A DNA stretch of 64,000 nt, from the NCBI GenBank assembly GCA_951406725.2, contig OX597815.1, forward strand, positions 63,488,001-63,552,000. The letters are read 5' to 3'. Position 1 is the first letter of the stretch; each line of letters starts with the position of its first letter. Source of the DNA: Octopus vulgaris. Lineage: Eukaryota. Under the pieces are notes generated by a model. The model searched no databases and was not told where the DNA came from. It saw only the letters and a program-made list of their open reading frames with translations. The translations under genes were made by a program, and so were the position numbers. Of the stretch, positions 58,701-64,000 are shown piece after piece.

Positions 58701-59465
58701 TATATATATATGCGTGTGTGTGTCTGTGTTTGTCCCCTAGCATTGCTTGACAACCGGTACTGGTGTGTTTATGTCCCCGTTACTTAGCGTTTCGGCAAAA
58801 GAGACCAATAGAATAAGTACTGGGCTTACAAGAAAATAAGTCCTGGGGTCGAGTTGCTCGAATAAAGGTGTTGCTCCAGCATGGCCGCAGTCAAATGACT
58901 GAAACAAGTAAAAGAGTAAAAAAATATTCTCCTGCTGAACTCTTGTACGGAACAACATTAACTCTACCTGGTCAAATGTTCGAAGAAACCAATTCTTTTA
59001 ATGGAGATGTTAATGATTATGTAACTCGTCTCAAAAGATTTCTTACTGATATTCCTTCTTTTACAAGAAGATTGCAACATGTTAAAACTTTTGTTTCTTC
59101 TGATATAAATTCTTGGACACATGTATTTGTACGTAACGATGCTGCTCATAATTCACTGAAATATAAATACACTGGACCTTTTAAAGTTTTGTCAATTAGA
59201 GATAAAACCATGACTTTGGATAGGCATGGAAAGAAAGAGATTGTCAGTTTAGACAAAAAAAGAGTATAAAATGCTTATTTCAACCAATATTCATGTCATG
59301 AGAATGAAGATGTGAGCAATACCTATTGACATAGTTTGAAACAAAGTGATATTCAAAGCAGCAAATCTAATGTTAATGGAAACACTCAAAAGTCAATTTT
59401 GAAATCACCTACCCAAGTGAAAAAGACTAGAAGTGGAAGAATTGTATATTTTCCAAAAAAAACTT
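55750..59465 (+). mobile_element. Decayed Gypsy LTR retrotransposon internal region, CsRn1-like
   Basis: Gag CX2HX9CX3C motif CRYHAKFRDKSFKCIKPC (55816-55869), protease [24 protein letters not shown], RNase H VDASD/TDHKPL, integrase HIDIVG/TTDRGRQF/YHPQSNG, TRSGR tail; many stops; LTRs not seen. Confidence 0.9.
58528..58921 (+). mobile_element. SINE family A inserted in Gypsy integrase
   Basis: Interrupts ENLQ|YSPAEL; imperfect TSD aatatt(ta)ctcct / aatattctcct. Confidence 0.9.
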
Positions 59466-59589
59466 TCTCAGTTTGTTTGAGGATTTTCAAAATATTTTTT
59501 ATATATTCCTGGATTATATATGAAAAAAATTTTCCAGCGAACTCAAATGAACTGTATATGAACATTATAATTGTAAAGCCGTATTGCCA

Positions 59590-59712
59590 GCTGAGTGGAC
59601 TTGAGCAACGTGAAATGAAGTGTTTTGCTCAAGAACACAACGCATCGCTCAGTCCAAGAATCGAAAGCACAATCTAACGATCATAAGTCCAACACACTAA
59701 CCACTAAGCCAC
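59590..59712 (-). mobile_element. tRNA-derived SINE head
   Basis: Minus strand gtggcttagtggttag (A box) ... ttcgattc (B-box-like). Confidence 0.55.
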
Positions 59713-59719
59713 TCGCTTC

Positions 59720-59975
59720 CACGCCCCATGTAGACCTTCATTTCATCGCCTTCCACATCAATTGAGCCTTGTGCTACATTTTCGGTTGACATGTATTTTG
59801 TTCTCAAGCAGGTTCATTCCAAAGCCGAGCTATATCTCGAGCTCTGTTAGCATAATCTGCGACTGATCAGTAGTTTCGACGATGAATACAGTGCCATCTG
59901 CGAATCGGAGGCGCGAAGGATAGTTGCCATTGATGTTCGCACCACTTATCCAGTCAATGTCTTTGATGACCATTT
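59720..59975 (-). mobile_element. RTE-like RT remnant
   Basis: [31 protein letters not shown]. Confidence 0.65.
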
Positions 59976-60058
<83 letters not shown>

Positions 60059-60570
60059 GTGCGCGCACGCACACACACACGCACACACGCGCACACACAC
60101 ACACACACACACATATACATACATATATATATATATATATTCGACTAAATTTCCTCAAGGTGTACCCCCAGCATGGCTGCAGTCTAATAATTGACACAAA
60201 TAACAGAAGAAAAGAGAAGAAAAAAGATGCATGCATACATACATCTTATATACATATATGTATATCTATATATCCATTTGTATACATGCACTTATGTATG
60301 AAGGTATGTATGTACGTACGTGTGCATGTGTGTATGTATATATTTACACGTATGTATACTGTATGCTTGTATGCATGTGTATATGTATGTATGTATGTAT
60401 GTGTATATGTATGTATGCATGCAAATTCCAGACCGCTAGTTGGATGTTATCAATCACATTTTTTTCTCTAAGTTTTGTGTCTTTAAATAAGTTATGTAGC
60501 AGCAGCAACAACAACAATAGCCACAGAACAATATCGAAAGCAATAATAACAATAAACAACAACAATAATG

Positions 60571-60655
<85 letters not shown>

Positions 60656-61291
60656 TAATAATATGAAAAATAATACCAAAAACGTAAGCAACGACAATAT
60701 CAAAAACAATGGCAACAACACTAAACGATAGAAATGAAATTACAGCCAACGTAACAACAATAACAACAATAAAAACAACATCAACTCCACCTAAAAACAA
60801 TAATAGCAACTGCATTTGTAGCAACAACAATAACAATGTCAACGACGAAAAGAACATAAGCAATAACATAAAGAAAAAAACGAAAATAAAATAGAAGAAA
60901 GAAAAAAATAATAATAGACAATAAATGTGAAAAACTATAGAAAGAAAAAAGAAAGAAAAAGCAAAATAAAGAGAGATCTATCGATCTGTGTTCGAGGTCA
61001 GAACTTCGGAAATATTGATTGATAATTGGGTTAGCATTTCAAAAGGAAAACGATGTGCTGATGATGATGATGATGACCATGATGGTGATCATGATGATAA
61101 TCATGACGATGGTGGTGGTGGTGGTGGTGGTGGTGGTGGTGGTGGAGAAGGTGCCGGAGAGGATGATGATAAAGCGAAGGTAGAGTTGGATGGTTTTGAT
61201 GGTGGTGGTAGTGCTGATAGTGGTTGCTAGTGGAGGCGGCAATGTAGATAATGATTATGACAACAATGATGATGATGGTGATGATGATGAA

Positions 61292-61659
61292 GGCGGCAAG
61301 CTGGCAGAAACGTTAGCACGCCGGGCGGAATTCTTAGCACTATTTCGTCTGCCGCTACGTTCTGAGTTCAAATTCCGCCGAGGTCGACTTTGCCTTTTAT
61401 CCTTTCGATGTCGATTATATAAGTACCAGTTATCAATAGACTTGATCCGTTTGTCTGTCCTTGTTTGTTCCCTCTGTGTGTAGTCCCTTGTGAGCAGTAA
61501 AGAAATAGGTATTTCGCCCGTCGCTACGTTCTAGGTTCAAATTTCTCCGAGCTCGACTTCGCCTTTCATCGATAAAATAAGTACCTGTTGAACACTGGGT
61601 TGATGTAATCAACTCGTACCCCCCTCCAAACTGCTGCTCTTGTGGTAAAATTTGAAACT
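61292..61659 (+). mobile_element. SINE family B (dimer-like)
   Basis: ggcggcaagctggcagaaacgttagc...GAGTTCAAATTC; head segment repeated at 61508-61570. Confidence 0.8.
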
Positions 61660-61674
61660 ATTACTATTATTATT

Positions 61675-61966
61675 GAATGAGAGCAGTGCATGCCGTCAAA
61701 ATGATACTGGGATACAAATATACGAAGCCCAATATACCCATAATGACTACCCGTCTGATAAGAGTACACCAGACACATGCATCAAGATAAACAGTGCATG
61801 ACCTTGCAGGAGTGGCCCAGTTAGAATTTTCTTCAAGTCATGTAGACCATACCGCTCAAAAGGTCCCTGAAAACGGTTTGTTTAAGGATGTTGAACGAAA
61901 CACCCATGTTTCTAGAAGTGAATTATTCAAACCTTAAAGAATTCTTCTGAACATATGGCTATGATG
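61675..61966 (-). mobile_element. Copy of (AAT)n-tailed retroposon of 10489-11391
   Basis: Reverse complement match, ending in aataatag. Confidence 0.7.
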
Positions 61967-62420
61967 CGATCGACTTACCCTCTCCCCGCAAATTCCAGGC
62001 CTTGTGCCTAAAGCACAAAGGAGTATTATTAATATTGTTGTTGTAATAACTGTTTCAAATTTTAGATCAAAGGTAGCAATTTTATACGGCAGAGATTAGT
62101 CTATATCATCAACCCCAGTACATGACTAGTACTTTATTTCATTGACCTCTCCTGCCCTCTCCACTAAAGGATGAAAAGCAAAGTTGACTTTAGCGTTGTT
62201 TGAACTCGGAACGTGAAAATTCTGGACAAAGAGCGTAAAGCTTCAACAATTCTGTCAATCCACCACGACCACCACTCCAGCACCAATACCAACAGCATCG
62301 CTACTACTTTTGCTGCTGCTGCTGCTGAAGTTGAGTATGATAGACATATACTTGTAGCTAAAGAAACAACTATATGTTTATGTATGTTGTTACGCTACCC
62401 ATCAGTATTGCAATCACAAT

Positions 62421-62860
62421 CTTTTATCTTTTATCCTTTAATTGTTTCAGTCATTTAACTGCGACCATGCTAGAGTACCGCCTGGGAGGATTTTACTCGA
62501 AGAAATCGATCCCAGGACTTATTTTTTAAAGCCTGGTACTTATTCTATCGGTCTCTTTTTACCGAACCGTAAAATATGCAGACGTAAACACACCAGCACC
62601 GGTTGTCAAGTAGTTGTGGGGGACAAACACTGACATAAACACACACACACGAATACATGCACACACACACACACAAATATATATATACATATATATATAT
62701 AGGACAGGCTTCTTTCAGTTTCCGTCTATCTAATCCACTCACAAGACTTAGGTCGGTCCGAGGCTATAATAGAAGATACTCAACCAAGGTACCACAAAGT
62801 GGGACTGAACCTAGAACCATGTGGTTGGGAAGCAAGTTTCGTACAACACAGCCACACATG
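62421..62860 (-). mobile_element. SINE family A (diverged)
   Basis: Reverse complement match to family A. Confidence 0.8.
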
Positions 62861-63658
62861 CAGAGATTTTCCACGAAAACTTTTCATTGCTACAGTGTAT
62901 CCTAAATTTTGGAACACTGCGTGACAAGCTTTTGTCAGATCGATTCCTTCCATTACGTGTGAAGGGTGAGGCTCATGTATTTATACGCGCATGCTTGTCT
63001 TTGTTCTTATGTTTCCACTCTCCATCAATATTCTGATAAAGGAAAATACTTGAAACGTCTTTACTAACTTCTCTGAGCGTCAAATAAATAATATCTGCAT
63101 GCATGTATGTATGTATGCACACACATATGTATGTACCAAAAGAATGTGTTATAATGCTATTCCACTACCATACCAATAATGCAACATACGTCCATCATCA
63201 GCTGCCCCACCGATATCATTATGGTTTCGACACCTGGGTAGTACCATTCAATCGGGCGGTCAACAGTAATAAAATAAGTTTGGGAACAAACAAACAAACC
63301 TAAGGAACCATAACTTTCAAACACATTTACCCATTATACAACCGTATCGTTAAATATATTCCATAAGTAACTTACAACCCCGTCTAAATACGTAACTAAA
63401 CAGCGACAACTCTATTAAGTCATAAAAAATTATATTCCCTACCGTATGTTAAACAAACTATCATCTTGTTAGTGTTGCTGAAATTGCAAGGAGCCTTAGA
63501 TCTAGATTAGAAACTGGGCCTTTCTACATTTAGAAGAAATCGGGAAACAAAGCCAAATAGTAACATACATACGTACACTCATACGTAAACATATACATAC
63601 ATAGACATCTGGGCACACATACAAGAACATATGTGTCCGTAGGGGATAAAGATCACAC

Positions 63659-63695
<37 letters not shown>

Positions 63696-63875
63696 AACAC
63701 GCGTGCGCAAACACACACATATATATTAAATTAAAATAGTCATCTATATAACATATTCAATATACACATACGCTTGATAGGCCAGCTACTGCATTATTCA
63801 TACTAATGTAATATCTCTTAAGGCCGTGTTATGTTAAAAACACTATTCCTATAAAAAGATGAAAATTAGCCCCAC

Positions 63876-63975
63876 CTGCGGCAAGTTGAAGGCCAGGTAC
63901 ATTTTAGCCTTTTGGGGTTTCCTCAATGACGTGTAATCGCAGCCATCTTTAACGAGAAATTTTCGCTTCCGATTT
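63876..63975 (-). promoter_or_regulatory. Possible promoter-proximal first exon of a minus-strand transcript
   Basis: AAGATGGC (YY1-like) 63941-63948, TGACGT, CTTCCG motifs, ATG at 63902 (MYLAFNLPQ) and donor CAG|GTGGG. Confidence 0.3.
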
Positions 63976-64000
63976 GGGAAACAGTGAATAAAATTTTCAC

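Noticed and set aside
55700-59560. LTRs of the Gypsy element
   Set aside because: No matching direct repeats found at either end by eye

Overview
AT-rich, microsatellite-dense animal genomic DNA, almost entirely transposon-derived. The SINE families resemble those of octopod cephalopods, which is recalled rather than verified. No confident host protein-coding gene was found. Main finding: a young, near-identical 480-bp tandem repeat (44836-52084) in which every complete copy carries a type I hammerhead ribozyme (CUGACGA...GAAA...AUA). It is arranged as two divergent multimeric arms, both ending in (TA)n, consistent with a retrozyme-like (circular RNA) element inserted by twin-primed reverse transcription. 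An intact two-ORF Tx1/L1-clade LINE has inserted into one unit (TSD GCTACG) just upstream of a hammerhead. About ten further degenerate or variant hammerhead-like motifs, two more outward-facing fold-backs and three Penelope GIY-YIG remnants are present. Also found: a decayed R4/Dong-type RLE LINE with a 2.85-kb (AAT)n tract, a decayed CsRn1-type Gypsy, non-autonomous Helitrons, mariner/maT remnants, MITEs, RTE fragments, many tRNA-derived SINEs and weak exon-like islands on the minus strand. All coordinates and pairings were read by eye.
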